Positions 47,006-57,326 of a DNA stretch of 64,000 bases are shown in pieces (positions within the stretch are counted from its first letter, which is position 1; the number at the start of each line of letters is the position of its first letter). The notes beneath the pieces are model-generated. The model saw nothing but the letters and a program-made list of their open reading frames with translations, was not told the origin of the DNA and did not search any database. The stretch is from IMG/VR virus record IMGVR_UViG_3300025015_000027, positions 3,186-67,185 of that record. One strand, written 5' to 3'. The DNA is from a virus (lineage: Duplodnaviria > Caudoviricetes). A program made the translations under genes and the position numbers.

Positions 47006-47170
47006 TAAAAATAAACACAAAAAAAGAATAAGTATATGGGATTATGAAACAAATCTTAAATCGGAAGATTATAAATTAATTGCCAAACATAATGGTATAA
47101 TTTATTAATTTAATCTCTTTTTAATGTAATGATTATATAAAATTATTATTTTTACATTCTATAATAAAAA

Positions 47171-48160
47171 ATGGAACAACCTGTTTACGATATTGTACTG
47201 TCTGCCATAAATAACGGGCTAATAGGATTAAATAAGGGCATACCATCTCAAAATTCTTTTATTAATAAATGTCTTTGTGGTATTAATCGTGGAACATATT
47301 ATCTGCTTGGCGCAGAACTGGGTACTGGTAAAACAGCATTTGTAGATGAAGCATTTGTAATAAGTGCTTATGAGTATATGCGTAATATAAAAATGCTTAA
47401 TAAATTAAAAATAATATATTTCTCTTTTGAAATAAAATACTCTAAAAAACTCGTAAAATGGATATGTAGAAAAATGTACATGGATAATTGTTTACAGCTT
47501 GATATTAATACCATATTAAGTCGGGGAGATAAATGTCCACCAGATAATATACTGGAAATTACCAATATGTACAAAGATTATTTTAATGACATGAAAGATG
47601 TAATAACCCCTATAGAATATAGCATGTCTGGCAGTGAATTAATTAAAAAATTATATGAAATATCACTTGAACACGGAAAATGGGATGAAAACAATATCAA
47701 TGGAAATTATTTTCCTGATGATCCAGAGAGAAGAATATTGATAATCATAGACCATATAGGTCTTATTAAAAAAAATAAATATAATGATAAAAAAAATACA
47801 TTAGATGATATGTCCGAATACATTGTTCGTCTTAGAAATAAATGCAACTTTTCATTTGTATTAACAAGTCAATTAAATCGTGATCAAAGTAAAAGAGAAA
47901 GGCCCCTCAAAGATAAGTTTGGGCCACAGCTTTCAGATTTTAAAGATACCGGCAATACACAGGAAGATGCTGATGTCATTTTGGGAATTTATAATCCTTT
48001 TAAAAATAAGGCAAAAGAATTTATAGGATTAGATATAACGTCTCTTGGCAAAGATACAAGAACACTTCATATATTGAAAAATAGAGATGGACATGATGAC
48101 GTGGCAACCGGCTATATGTTAAATGGTGCAATAGGACATTTTAAGGAAATAAATTATTAA
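47171..48160 (+). CDS. Replicative DnaB-like helicase
   Basis: Walker A GAELGTGKT, FSFE, IIIDHIGL, SQLNR, DADVILG, KNRDG. Confidence 0.9.
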   Translation: MEQPVYDIVLSAINNGLIGLNKGIPSQNSFINKCLCGINRGTYYLLGAELGTGKTAFVDEAFVISAYEYMRNIKMLNKLKIIYFSFEIKYSKKLVKWICRKMYMDNCLQLDINTILSRGDKCPPDNILEITNMYKDYFNDMKDVITPIEYSMSGSELIKKLYEISLEHGKWDENNINGNYFPDDPERRILIIIDHIGLIKKNKYNDKKNTLDDMSEYIVRLRNKCNFSFVLTSQLNRDQSKRERPLKDKFGPQLSDFKDTGNTQEDADVILGIYNPFKNKAKEFIGLDITSLGKDTRTLHILKNRDGHDDVATGYMLNGAIGHFKEINY

Positions 48161-48173
48161 TTATAAAAATTTT

Positions 48174-48653
48174 ATGAACAATAAAGTGTCGCCTGGAATA
48201 TATAGTGCAATAATAACCAGCATTGAAGATGATACAAATGCAGATATAGATTTTCCATACATTTTATTAAAATTAAATATATTACAACAAACATGTCCAA
48301 TAAATAAGAAATTTCCCTCATTTTACCATACAGAACATTTACCGATGTTTAAAGATTCTTCTAAATGGAAAGATCCCATTATAAATTCATTAGAAAAATT
48401 AAAATCATTGTGTCTGGCATTATTGCCAAGGGAAATTGTTTCCACAATAAAAAACACAAAAGACGTAAATTTTCATTTGGCCGGAAAAAAAATAAGAATT
48501 AAATTTTCTGGTTATGAATATTACAATACCAAAACCGGAAAGATGAATATTTTGACAGAGATACCTAAATATAAGTATGTGGAAATGTTTAATGTTCATC
48601 CATCTACAATACAATGGATAGAAACAAGAGATTTCAAAAAATATAATACATAA
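48174..48653 (+). CDS. Hypothetical replication-module protein (possible OB fold/SSB)
   Basis: PGIYSAIITSIE N-terminus, between helicase and primase. Confidence 0.45.
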   Translation: MNNKVSPGIYSAIITSIEDDTNADIDFPYILLKLNILQQTCPINKKFPSFYHTEHLPMFKDSSKWKDPIINSLEKLKSLCLALLPREIVSTIKNTKDVNFHLAGKKIRIKFSGYEYYNTKTGKMNILTEIPKYKYVEMFNVHPSTIQWIETRDFKKYNT

Positions 48654-48662
48654 TATTATTAT

Positions 48663-49604
48663 ATGGAAATAAATAAACAAGAACAACTTTCTCTTTATCA
48701 CAAATATCTTGGAAATTTCAAACCGGGAAGAAATATTTTGTCTCCGATAAGAGATGAAAAAACACCCAGTTTTTGTGTTTTTTACAAAGGAGATAAATAT
48801 TTATGGTATGATTTTGGAATACAACAAGGTGGAGATATTAATTCTTTGATGAAAAGAATGGGAAATACACCATTGTATGCATTAAATAAAATAGATATCA
48901 TTAAATCATTGCCAGTTGAAAATAAATATGAATATGATATAGAAGAAACATCATTTAGCCATGAATCATTGACATATTGGAACGAATATAATATACCATT
49001 GGAAATATTAAAAATATTTAATGTTGGCGTTGTTAAAACACTTTATCTCAAAAAAGAAAAAAAGAAAATAATTATTGCATCATCCAGATATTATAACCCT
49101 ATATATATATATAAATATTTATCATCTCAAAATCATTGTACGGGTATATTAAATAATTATGAAGACAATCTCCTTCATTGGAAAATATATTGTCCATCCG
49201 GTAAACCTTTCAAATGGAAATCCAATCTTCATGGACTTTGGATAGATGGATATAATATCATACCGGACAATATATCAACCCTCATCATAACCAAAAGCAG
49301 GAAAGATGTAATGGTATTACATACCCTTGGATATCATGCCATAAGTTTCAATAGTGAAGTTATTAATATTAATGTAGAATTTTTTAAATTATTAAAAAAC
49401 AGGTTTAAAAATATATATATATTATATGACAATGACGAGACAGGAATCAAAAACGCAAAACGATTAGCTGAAAAATTCAATATAATCTGTAAATATATTC
49501 CACACAATATGGAATGTAAAGACATAAGCGATGTTGTGAAAAAACATGGGAAAAAAACTGCAATTAAAATTGTAAATCATTTATTTTATGGGATTAACAA
49601 TTAA
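48663..49604 (+). CDS. DNA primase (DnaG/TOPRIM, crAss type)
   Basis: SPIRDEKTPSF...WYDFG, ITKSRKDVM, YDNDETG, KDISD. Confidence 0.9.
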   Translation: MEINKQEQLSLYHKYLGNFKPGRNILSPIRDEKTPSFCVFYKGDKYLWYDFGIQQGGDINSLMKRMGNTPLYALNKIDIIKSLPVENKYEYDIEETSFSHESLTYWNEYNIPLEILKIFNVGVVKTLYLKKEKKKIIIASSRYYNPIYIYKYLSSQNHCTGILNNYEDNLLHWKIYCPSGKPFKWKSNLHGLWIDGYNIIPDNISTLIITKSRKDVMVLHTLGYHAISFNSEVININVEFFKLLKNRFKNIYILYDNDETGIKNAKRLAEKFNIICKYIPHNMECKDISDVVKKHGKKTAIKIVNHLFYGINN

Positions 49605-50214
49605 TACAAATGGTATTCTCAAGGAAGTATGTATTTCCAGAAGCCAAAAAGAAAAAATAAAAATATTTAAAAATTCCCGCGAGGTGTCTCAAAGATATAA
49701 AAATGAAAATTATCGTTTAATGGAAAACGGTAATAAAACCAATGAAGTAATAATTTATGACAAAGTAAACAAAAAATTTATTCTTGAAAACCCAAGAACA
49801 GCTGGACGGGAAAAATATATTCCTATTAATACACAACGTATATATCAGGGAATACATTTTTCAATAAGAAAAAAGGTTGTCGATGCACTACATAAATGGT
49901 TAAAAGAACAAATAATAAACAACACAAAACATTGGAGTGGATTCAAACATGGAGAATTTCCATTGGAATTAATAACAATATTTTATAGATATGGAAAAAC
50001 CAAATGTGCTGATATAGATAACATGTCTTATATATATCAAAAATGTTTTCTTGACACATTAAGAGAAATGAGATATTTACCAGAAGACAATCCCGATTAT
50101 ATTATAGGAATTTTATCTTATATACGTTTTATAGAACCATATGAAAATGAAAAGATAATATTTAGTCTCAATAAATGTACTTTTAATGATACCATAAAAT
50201 CCGTTAAACCATGA
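49588..50214 (+). CDS. RusA-like Holliday junction resolvase
   Basis: DIDNMSYIYQKCFLDTL...EDNPDYI. Confidence 0.7.
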   Translation: MGLTINTNGILKEVCISRSQKEKIKIFKNSREVSQRYKNENYRLMENGNKTNEVIIYDKVNKKFILENPRTAGREKYIPINTQRIYQGIHFSIRKKVVDALHKWLKEQIINNTKHWSGFKHGEFPLELITIFYRYGKTKCADIDNMSYIYQKCFLDTLREMRYLPEDNPDYIIGILSYIRFIEPYENEKIIFSLNKCTFNDTIKSVKP

Positions 50215-51260
50215 CAGAAGAAATAAAAAATCAATTTATTGAATTTTATAATTCAGAATATTATAAAGTAAACGCAATAAACAATTCCTATCTTAATATT
50301 TATGAACAATCTCCATTAAGGGCAGAACTTATTAGAATTGGTAAAATAAAGAAAAAGATAACCGAAGAGATGCTTTTGGGAACAGCATTTCATTCTTTTC
50401 TTCTAGAAAACAAATCTTTTATGGAAAAATATGAAATTCATGGAGAATTTGAAACACCAAGGTCTCCACAGCAAAATGCTTTTTGTGATGAATGGATAAA
50501 AGCAATCACAAGCGATATAAACATACAACCTGAAATATTATATGCTTCTATATATAAAGCCAAAGAATCAGAAGATAAAAGAAAAGATAATGCACAAAAA
50601 ATACTTAATCAATTTCAACCATATATTAATTTTTCCGTAACTATTGCACAAAATAATCGTGTTCCATTATCTCGAAAAAATTTAGAGACGATTGAAAATA
50701 TGCATAAACGGCTGTTTTCCAATAAATCGGCAGCAAAATTGTTAAATTTTGACGGATATGACATCATTTTAATAGAATCCCCAATATATTTTACTTATAC
50801 TCCTGGAGAAACAACAAATGAAAAAATTATGTATTGTAAGGCCAAACCAGACATAGTATTAATAAACAAAAGAAACAAAGAAATATGTATAATAGATATT
50901 AAAACATGCCATAATAATGTATTGGGTGCGTTTATAGGCGACTTTTACCACTATAAGTATTACAGGCAACTTTCTTTTTATGACCACGCTACAAGAACAG
51001 GATTGTCATTTAAAATGAATGATGGGGAAACTTATGATGATTATCAATATTCCCATAAGATTATTGTGGCCAGTAAAGAAGAAGATGTATATGATAATGC
51101 AATTTATAATATAGATCTACAAACCATTGAAAGGGGAAGAGAAGAAATATGTGAATTATTATACAAAGTTTACTATGCAAGATTAAATAATCAATTCGAT
51201 TATCCCTTGGGTTATTATAATGGAACAGGGGAATATAATATGCCAATATGGAAAAATTAA
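50211..51260 (+). CDS. PD-(D/E)xK exonuclease (RecE/DUF3799-like)
   Basis: LGTAFH, CKAKPDIV, IIDIKT, YYRQLSFY. Confidence 0.85.
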   Translation: MTEEIKNQFIEFYNSEYYKVNAINNSYLNIYEQSPLRAELIRIGKIKKKITEEMLLGTAFHSFLLENKSFMEKYEIHGEFETPRSPQQNAFCDEWIKAITSDINIQPEILYASIYKAKESEDKRKDNAQKILNQFQPYINFSVTIAQNNRVPLSRKNLETIENMHKRLFSNKSAAKLLNFDGYDIILIESPIYFTYTPGETTNEKIMYCKAKPDIVLINKRNKEICIIDIKTCHNNVLGAFIGDFYHYKYYRQLSFYDHATRTGLSFKMNDGETYDDYQYSHKIIVASKEEDVYDNAIYNIDLQTIERGREEICELLYKVYYARLNNQFDYPLGYYNGTGEYNMPIWKN

Positions 51261-51796
51261 CTAAAACAAGTTTATTTTTATTGCCAATATTTGATACCAG
51301 GCCATCATCTATTGGAAAAGATTTTTTCAATTCTTATTTGTCTGAAAAACTTAATATAATGTATATTATTTATAAAAATAGTCCCGAAAGAGAACAAAAT
51401 ATTCCCGAAATAATAAAGACCAAATATGAACATGCCATTAAAGAAATTATCACAGCTTTTCCATATACGTTATTTTTGGTTAGTATTCCAGAGGAGAGAT
51501 TGAATGATGTTGAAAAAATGTTAAATGGGGAATATTCCAAAATGTCAATAAATTATAAACATAAAATTATTTATGTTTATAGTGGATATGGAAAAATATA
51601 TAAAAAAATGTATGAAATTCTTTTTCCGGATGACAATACCAGAAAAAAAATGTCTGAATTTTTTAATACGGAATTACCGCAAAATAGTGAAGTATATGAT
51701 AAACCCATAAGAGAAGAAGAAATAATCAATATTGGTAGATTTATCAATCAATCAAGTATATTATGCCACACAGACGAATTACTTTCAAACAATTAA
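51248..51796 (+). CDS. Conserved crAss-like hypothetical protein
   Basis: TSLFLLP...GEYSKMS..YK pattern. Confidence 0.55.
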   Translation: MEKLTKTSLFLLPIFDTRPSSIGKDFFNSYLSEKLNIMYIIYKNSPEREQNIPEIIKTKYEHAIKEIITAFPYTLFLVSIPEERLNDVEKMLNGEYSKMSINYKHKIIYVYSGYGKIYKKMYEILFPDDNTRKKMSEFFNTELPQNSEVYDKPIREEEIINIGRFINQSSILCHTDELLSNN

Positions 51797-52019
51797 AGGT
51801 CTATGAATTATTTCAATCTGAATTTCCAGATATTGTTCAAGATATACTTAATAATTGGGTAATACGTGGATTCAATATTGGATTTATAGATGATGGAAAC
51901 AATTTGATAATATCATATAGGGAACTTATTAGATTAAATAAAGAATGTGAATGGAAAATATTACCAGAACTTAAGGCAATAAATGATGCTGAATATATAA
52001 TTTTTAAACATACAAATCA

Positions 52020-52601
52020 ATGAATCCAACACTTAATTATTCTTATGATACCAGTAAAGAGGAATTTTTATATTTAAAAAAAAGAAATTCTATGTTAAAC
52101 AGGGTTCTTTTTGATTGCTGTCTTCATTTTCGCATTATTGGCAACGCTTCTAATCCCGCGATAATAATTAATAACAACACCTGTTTGTCTTCCGCGCTTT
52201 TTAAATATAATCTTATATTAAAAACCCTTCCCAAAGATGGTAAAGAATTTGCTAAATTAAATTTTTATTCAGACAAAATAAATATAATATCGGATGAAAA
52301 AATAGATGAATACAAACGTATATTGGAAAAAGCAATCTCGGAATGTCAACATAAAAAGATATATAAAATAATAACATCTTTATCATGTGGAGAGATCATT
52401 GCAACATCACAAATGGAATCCGATAATAATTATATAACATTATTTTTATCATGGTATAGATATAATAAAGATAAAACACAGTTAATAACATCGTGGAGCG
52501 AAGATGATAACAATAGTGCCATTTTCTTTTCTGAAGAAAATGCGAATATAGTATCATCCATTATATCGTCCATGAAAAAAATAACCAATCTTGTTTTATG
52601 A
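52020..52601 (+). CDS. Hypothetical protein
   Basis: 193-aa coupled ORF. Confidence 0.5.
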   Translation: MNPTLNYSYDTSKEEFLYLKKRNSMLNRVLFDCCLHFRIIGNASNPAIIINNNTCLSSALFKYNLILKTLPKDGKEFAKLNFYSDKINIISDEKIDEYKRILEKAISECQHKKIYKIITSLSCGEIIATSQMESDNNYITLFLSWYRYNKDKTQLITSWSEDDNNSAIFFSEENANIVSSIISSMKKITNLVL

Positions 52602-52873
52602 AGATAGCAAATAAAGATACTGGAAAATATGCCGGTAAAAAAGAACCATTTGTAGCAAATAATCTTTCCGGAATTGCTATAAATAAAAAATATATTATAT
52701 ACAGTTATGGGTGGTATCCATTATATATTTGTGATAGACATGGAATATGGTATGAAAATACCACCAAATATTCTATAACAACATCAAAACATAAATCACA
52801 ATCTCACCCATGGGGATCCGGTAAGATAATACCAAAAACACACAAACAATTAAAAAAAATATTTTCTTTATGA
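52598..52873 (+). CDS. Conserved phage hypothetical protein
   Basis: YSYG.YPL...WYEN..KYS.TTSKHKSQ motif. Confidence 0.6.
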   Translation: MKIANKDTGKYAGKKEPFVANNLSGIAINKKYIIYSYGWYPLYICDRHGIWYENTTKYSITTSKHKSQSHPWGSGKIIPKTHKQLKKIFSL

Positions 52874-53050
52874 AAACAGAAAAAATATTAAAAAAAATAA
52901 AAAGAGAAATTAACAAAGAAATAACAGCATTTGAATATCTTTTTAATATAAAAGACCTGCAAAATGCACATGAAAAATATATGAAAAAAATAAATGCATC
53001 AAAACAGCTGGGAAATGCTGCATTATATGAATGGTATTTAGGCATGTTAA

Positions 53051-53470
53051 ATGCAAAAGCCATTATTTATAAACATACCCATGACAACAGAAGAAATAAA
53101 TAATAGCCTTATTGCTATTGAAATGACCGCCAACATGAAATGTGATCCTTCGGAGCCATCATCTTTAATGTTTAAGTTAAATTCTATAAGTAACCATATG
53201 GGACTTGCTTCCAGATGTTTTTCGGAGGCAGAAATGTTATATATATTAAAATTGTCTTCCGCTATTTGTGGAGAAATGGTAAAAAAAAAAAGCGGTATTA
53301 TTTTCATGTCATTAAGTGTTATGGAACGCAAATGTATATTAGAGGGTATTTGTGCTGTTGAAAAAGAACTGATGGCAAGATCTGAAAAATTATACAGTTC
53401 ACTGGTACATATAAGTGAAAATCTCAGAACTCTAACCAGTTTCGTAAAAGAAGAAATTAAAAAATTATGA
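53051..53470 (+). CDS. Helical hypothetical protein
   Basis: 139 aa. Probable start at MTTEEI. Confidence 0.5.
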   Translation: MQKPLFINIPMTTEEINNSLIAIEMTANMKCDPSEPSSLMFKLNSISNHMGLASRCFSEAEMLYILKLSSAICGEMVKKKSGIIFMSLSVMERKCILEGICAVEKELMARSEKLYSSLVHISENLRTLTSFVKEEIKKL

Positions 53471-53644
53471 ACAAACCTAAAAACATAGTATTTTTTCAAA
53501 ACGGCAATATGGCAGTTTTTGATGTTAATGGAGAACAAATAGTTGAATTACAAAAATATAATACAATTATTGAATATTTAAAATTCATCAAAAAAAAAGG
53601 AGTTAATATTTTCAAAAATGATATAATTATAAAATTATGTTCAA

Positions 53645-54358
53645 GTGAAAGAACGGCATATATTAAACCATTTAAGACAAATACTGGAAAAATTAATTTT
53701 GAAATTAAAACACAAGACGATGGCAACAACAGTTAATGAATCAACGGTTCAAAATGAGGCAATGGTTCAACCCCAACAGGTTGTAATGCCCATTCCAACT
53801 GAAAAAAACCAACATAATGATTTCGAAGAAGAAATCAGCAAATTGATTCCTACCGCAGGAACACTTAATATGACGGATGAACAATCAAGACTTCTTTATG
53901 AAGAAATAAAAGATGAAGAAATAGAAGTAAGACCTGACGGATTAATTTATGCACCATGGTATATTTATGTCAAAAGACTTAATGCTGCCTTTGGTGGTTC
54001 TCATTGGGCCCTTGTTCCCCAGGGCATGCCCAAACACAGCAAAAATGAAAATATGGTATATTGGGGGTTTACCCTTATTATTAATGGTAAATATGTGGCA
54101 TTTGCAATAGGGCAAAATGAATATCTTGAAACAAATTATAATATGAAATATGGTGATTGCTGCGAGGGAGCAAAAAGTAATGCCTTGATGAGGGTATGTA
54201 AAGATCTGGGTATGTTCCATAAATTGTGGAATCATGCTTTTGGTGAAGAATGGAAGAAAAAATATACAGAACAAAAATGGCACACTGACAAACAAGGTAA
54301 GAGTAAATTAAAATGGACGAAAAAACCATTGGTCGCAAATCCATTACAGAATACTTAA
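53645..54358 (+). CDS. Mgm101/Rad52-like single-strand annealing protein
   Basis: IEVRPDGLIYAP...YVKRLNAAFG...WALVP...EGAKSNALMRVCKDLG. True start probably at MATTV. Confidence 0.85.
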   Translation: MKERHILNHLRQILEKLILKLKHKTMATTVNESTVQNEAMVQPQQVVMPIPTEKNQHNDFEEEISKLIPTAGTLNMTDEQSRLLYEEIKDEEIEVRPDGLIYAPWYIYVKRLNAAFGGSHWALVPQGMPKHSKNENMVYWGFTLIINGKYVAFAIGQNEYLETNYNMKYGDCCEGAKSNALMRVCKDLGMFHKLWNHAFGEEWKKKYTEQKWHTDKQGKSKLKWTKKPLVANPLQNT

Positions 54359-54362
54359 TTAT

Positions 54363-54593
54363 ATGGCAAAAGGAACTATAACATTTGATCTTCCTGAAGA
54401 AGAAGGTGAATATAGGATGGCGATGGATGCACATAAAATGTATTCCGTTTTATATGATATATGTGAAGATTTAAGGAATGAAGTAAAATATGGTGATCAT
54501 AAAAATATGGAATTATGTATATGGGAAAACGTAAGAGATAAAATAAGAGAAATATTTAATGATTACAGTTTTAATTTAGACAATTATCAATGA
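54363..54593 (+). CDS. Hypothetical phage protein
   Basis: MAKGTITFDLPEE.....MA.DA pattern. Confidence 0.6.
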   Translation: MAKGTITFDLPEEEGEYRMAMDAHKMYSVLYDICEDLRNEVKYGDHKNMELCIWENVRDKIREIFNDYSFNLDNYQ

Positions 54594-55141
54594 AAACAAG
54601 AACAGTTAAACTGGGGGTTGCCTATGTGGACAGCGGACAACTTCTTATATGTGATCCTTGTTATATAAATAATGAATATCTGGTTGATAAAAAAACAGGA
54701 CATAAAAACTATAGTAATCATCCAGTTTATAAACATAAAGACGGAAGTTTATGGCAATTTTGTTACTTAAAAAAATCAAAGATAAAAAACGTTAACCCAT
54801 TTCCAGGAACGTATGAGAGTATTATTCTTAAATATAAAAAAAATCCCAATCAATTAATTAAATCCGGAGAATTTAGAAAAACCAATATGTCTTTGTTTCC
54901 CAATATGAGAAAAGGGGAATTTTCCTATGATAGTATCTGTGATATTACTTCATCTAAAAATCATGGGGGACAATTAAATTTTGCATATGGACTTGGTGGT
55001 GTAGGGGTGGCATTTTCTACTGGAATGGGAGATGGGACGTATGATGTGTATGCCGAATTAATAAAATTAAAAGATTGGGGAGAAAGAGTAAAAAAAGTAT
55101 ATATAGAATTTATATCTCCACGTGAAATAGAAAATTTTTAA
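54590..55141 (+). CDS. DUF4241-like protein
   Basis: VDSGQLLICDP and FSTGMGDGTYDVY. Confidence 0.7.
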   Translation: MKTRTVKLGVAYVDSGQLLICDPCYINNEYLVDKKTGHKNYSNHPVYKHKDGSLWQFCYLKKSKIKNVNPFPGTYESIILKYKKNPNQLIKSGEFRKTNMSLFPNMRKGEFSYDSICDITSSKNHGGQLNFAYGLGGVGVAFSTGMGDGTYDVYAELIKLKDWGERVKKVYIEFISPREIENF

Positions 55142-55742
55142 TTAAAAAAAATATGAAATTATTTCTATTAACACTTTTGCCGAGTTTATACTCTGGCGAC
55201 GATCCACAAATAATTGGCATATTTAATACCCAAAAAAAATGTAAAGATGAACTTGTAAAATTGCAAGAACAATGCGACATGGGAACGCTCATTGAATTTG
55301 ATGATTATAGTATTAATGAAATGACACTTAATCAAAATCTTTATCTGCTTAAACATGAAATCGAACAAAAAACATAAAAAAATAATAAGAGTAATTTTTT
55401 CAAGAGTGTATGATTATAGTATGGATGATTTATCTGGAAAAACAAACAAAAATAAAGAAGCAACTGCAATAAAAATAGCAGCACATGATTTTGAAAAAGA
55501 CTTAATGAATTTACTCGAAGAAGATTTTAATCATAAAATTATAATTTATAAATTATGACCAATAAAGAAAAAATAAGAAAAAAAGTTTTTGACTTTTATA
55601 CAGATGGATATGCCGATAAGGTTAATAAAAGAATTTTAGAATGGTTAAGTATGGATCTCATCATGGATATTGTAAATGGATGGGATGATAATATTTTAAA
55701 AGATGAATATAAATATCTTATAAAACATAAACTGATAAAAAA

Positions 55743-56876
55743 ATGAGAAAACTTGCAACTATACAAAAAATAAACAAGATATGTGAGATACCCGGCGCAG
55801 ATAATATCGTCTGCGCCACTGTTCTTGGATGGGAAATCATAATAAGAAAAGAAGATTTCAAAGAAGGTGATAAATGTATTTATGTAGAGATAGATTCCGT
55901 TCTTCCACCATGGCCTGATTTTGAATTTATGAAATCACGCAAATATAGAATAAAAACAATTAAATTACGCGGACATATAAGCCAGGGAATATGTTTTCCA
56001 TTATCTATTTTATCTGTACCCATTAAACAAGTTGATTCCTATCCAGAGGGACATGATGTTACGGACATTATGAATATCAAAAAATATGATCCGCAGGCAA
56101 ATGCCGAGGCAAAAGAACTTGAGAACCGGACAAAAATAGAAAAATCAAGAATCCATAAATACTTTATGCGACATAGTTGGTTTAAAAAATTGACCAGCTA
56201 TAGATCAATGGTATGGCCTCAGTTTATCCGCAAAACAGATGAAGAAAGAATACAGTCTCATCCGGAATGGATTGATGAAATACGTGGTAAGGAAGTTTAT
56301 ATTACTGAAAAACTTGACGGTTGTTCTGCTACGTATTATTGTATTAAAAACAAAGGATTATCGAGACTGTGGAAACCATATATTTGGGGTATATGTTCAC
56401 GAAATAAAAACGTTACTGAAAAATATCAAAACAAACACATTGGAACAAATGTTTATAAAGAAATAGCTGAATCTTGTCATATTAAAGCAAAATTATTATC
56501 AGCAATTAAATTTTTATATCCAATTAAACAATATGTTTATATACAAGGAGAAATAATAGGGCCAAAGGTTCAGGGCAATAAATATAATATCATAAACCAT
56601 TTGTTCTATGTTTTTAACGTTAATGTAGATGGACGATTTTTACTTCCTTATCATAGATGGGAATTTATAAAATCTATTAATCTGCGGGATGTCCCGTTTA
56701 TTGCCTTTTTAACATTAAAGGAAAATGAAGGAATACCGGAACTTGTTAACTATGCAGATAGAACATCCAAAATACATAAAATTCCCATGGAGGGAGTAAT
56801 ATTACGAACAGTGGATGAAAAAACATCATTTAAAGTTATTAACCCTAAATTTCTATTACAATATGAAAACGATTGA
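55743..56876 (+). CDS. RNA ligase (DRB0094 family)
   Basis: N-terminal OB-like RKLATIQKI...IPGAD, motif I TEKLDG, QGEIIG, EGVILR, SFKVIN. Confidence 0.88.
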   Translation: MRKLATIQKINKICEIPGADNIVCATVLGWEIIIRKEDFKEGDKCIYVEIDSVLPPWPDFEFMKSRKYRIKTIKLRGHISQGICFPLSILSVPIKQVDSYPEGHDVTDIMNIKKYDPQANAEAKELENRTKIEKSRIHKYFMRHSWFKKLTSYRSMVWPQFIRKTDEERIQSHPEWIDEIRGKEVYITEKLDGCSATYYCIKNKGLSRLWKPYIWGICSRNKNVTEKYQNKHIGTNVYKEIAESCHIKAKLLSAIKFLYPIKQYVYIQGEIIGPKVQGNKYNIINHLFYVFNVNVDGRFLLPYHRWEFIKSINLRDVPFIAFLTLKENEGIPELVNYADRTSKIHKIPMEGVILRTVDEKTSFKVINPKFLLQYEND

Positions 56877-57101
56877 ATTTAACCAATTTCAAAATATAGA
56901 TAACTATTTTTTTACAGTTAATAACCAATATAATAAAAAAGAACTTGTTGGAACAATTATAACCATAGGGCTTCCCAATGATACAGTTACGGAAGTGGAA
57001 GATATATTAAACATAAATAAAACAAAATATAAAATAACAAAAATAATAGAATCACGTCCCATGGTTAATAAAAAAAAATCACATACTTTTCAACGTGTTT
57101 T

Positions 57102-57308
57102 ATGTATAGAAGAACGATAACAAGTTCAACCAGCAAATTTTTAAATAATATGAAATCAATAGCTCAACAAACATATAATGATGAAGTGAAAACATATATG
57201 AAACGTTCAAAAAAAGAATTAGTAAAAATGGTAATTGAATGTACTCAAACACTGGCCATGTATCTAAAGGAAAGAAGAGAGCAAGAAATAAAAATAAAAA
57301 AAATTTGA
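57102..57308 (+). CDS. Small hypothetical protein, last gene of the plus block
   Basis: Helical 68-aa ORF convergent with the cargo gene. Confidence 0.4.
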   Translation: MYRRTITSSTSKFLNNMKSIAQQTYNDEVKTYMKRSKKELVKMVIECTQTLAMYLKERREQEIKIKKI

Positions 57309-57326
57309 AAACTTGCAGAATAATAA

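Noticed and set aside
53281-53291. A11 run as a programmed frameshift or slippage site
   Set aside because: The frame stays intact, and A-runs are common in this very A-rich block.
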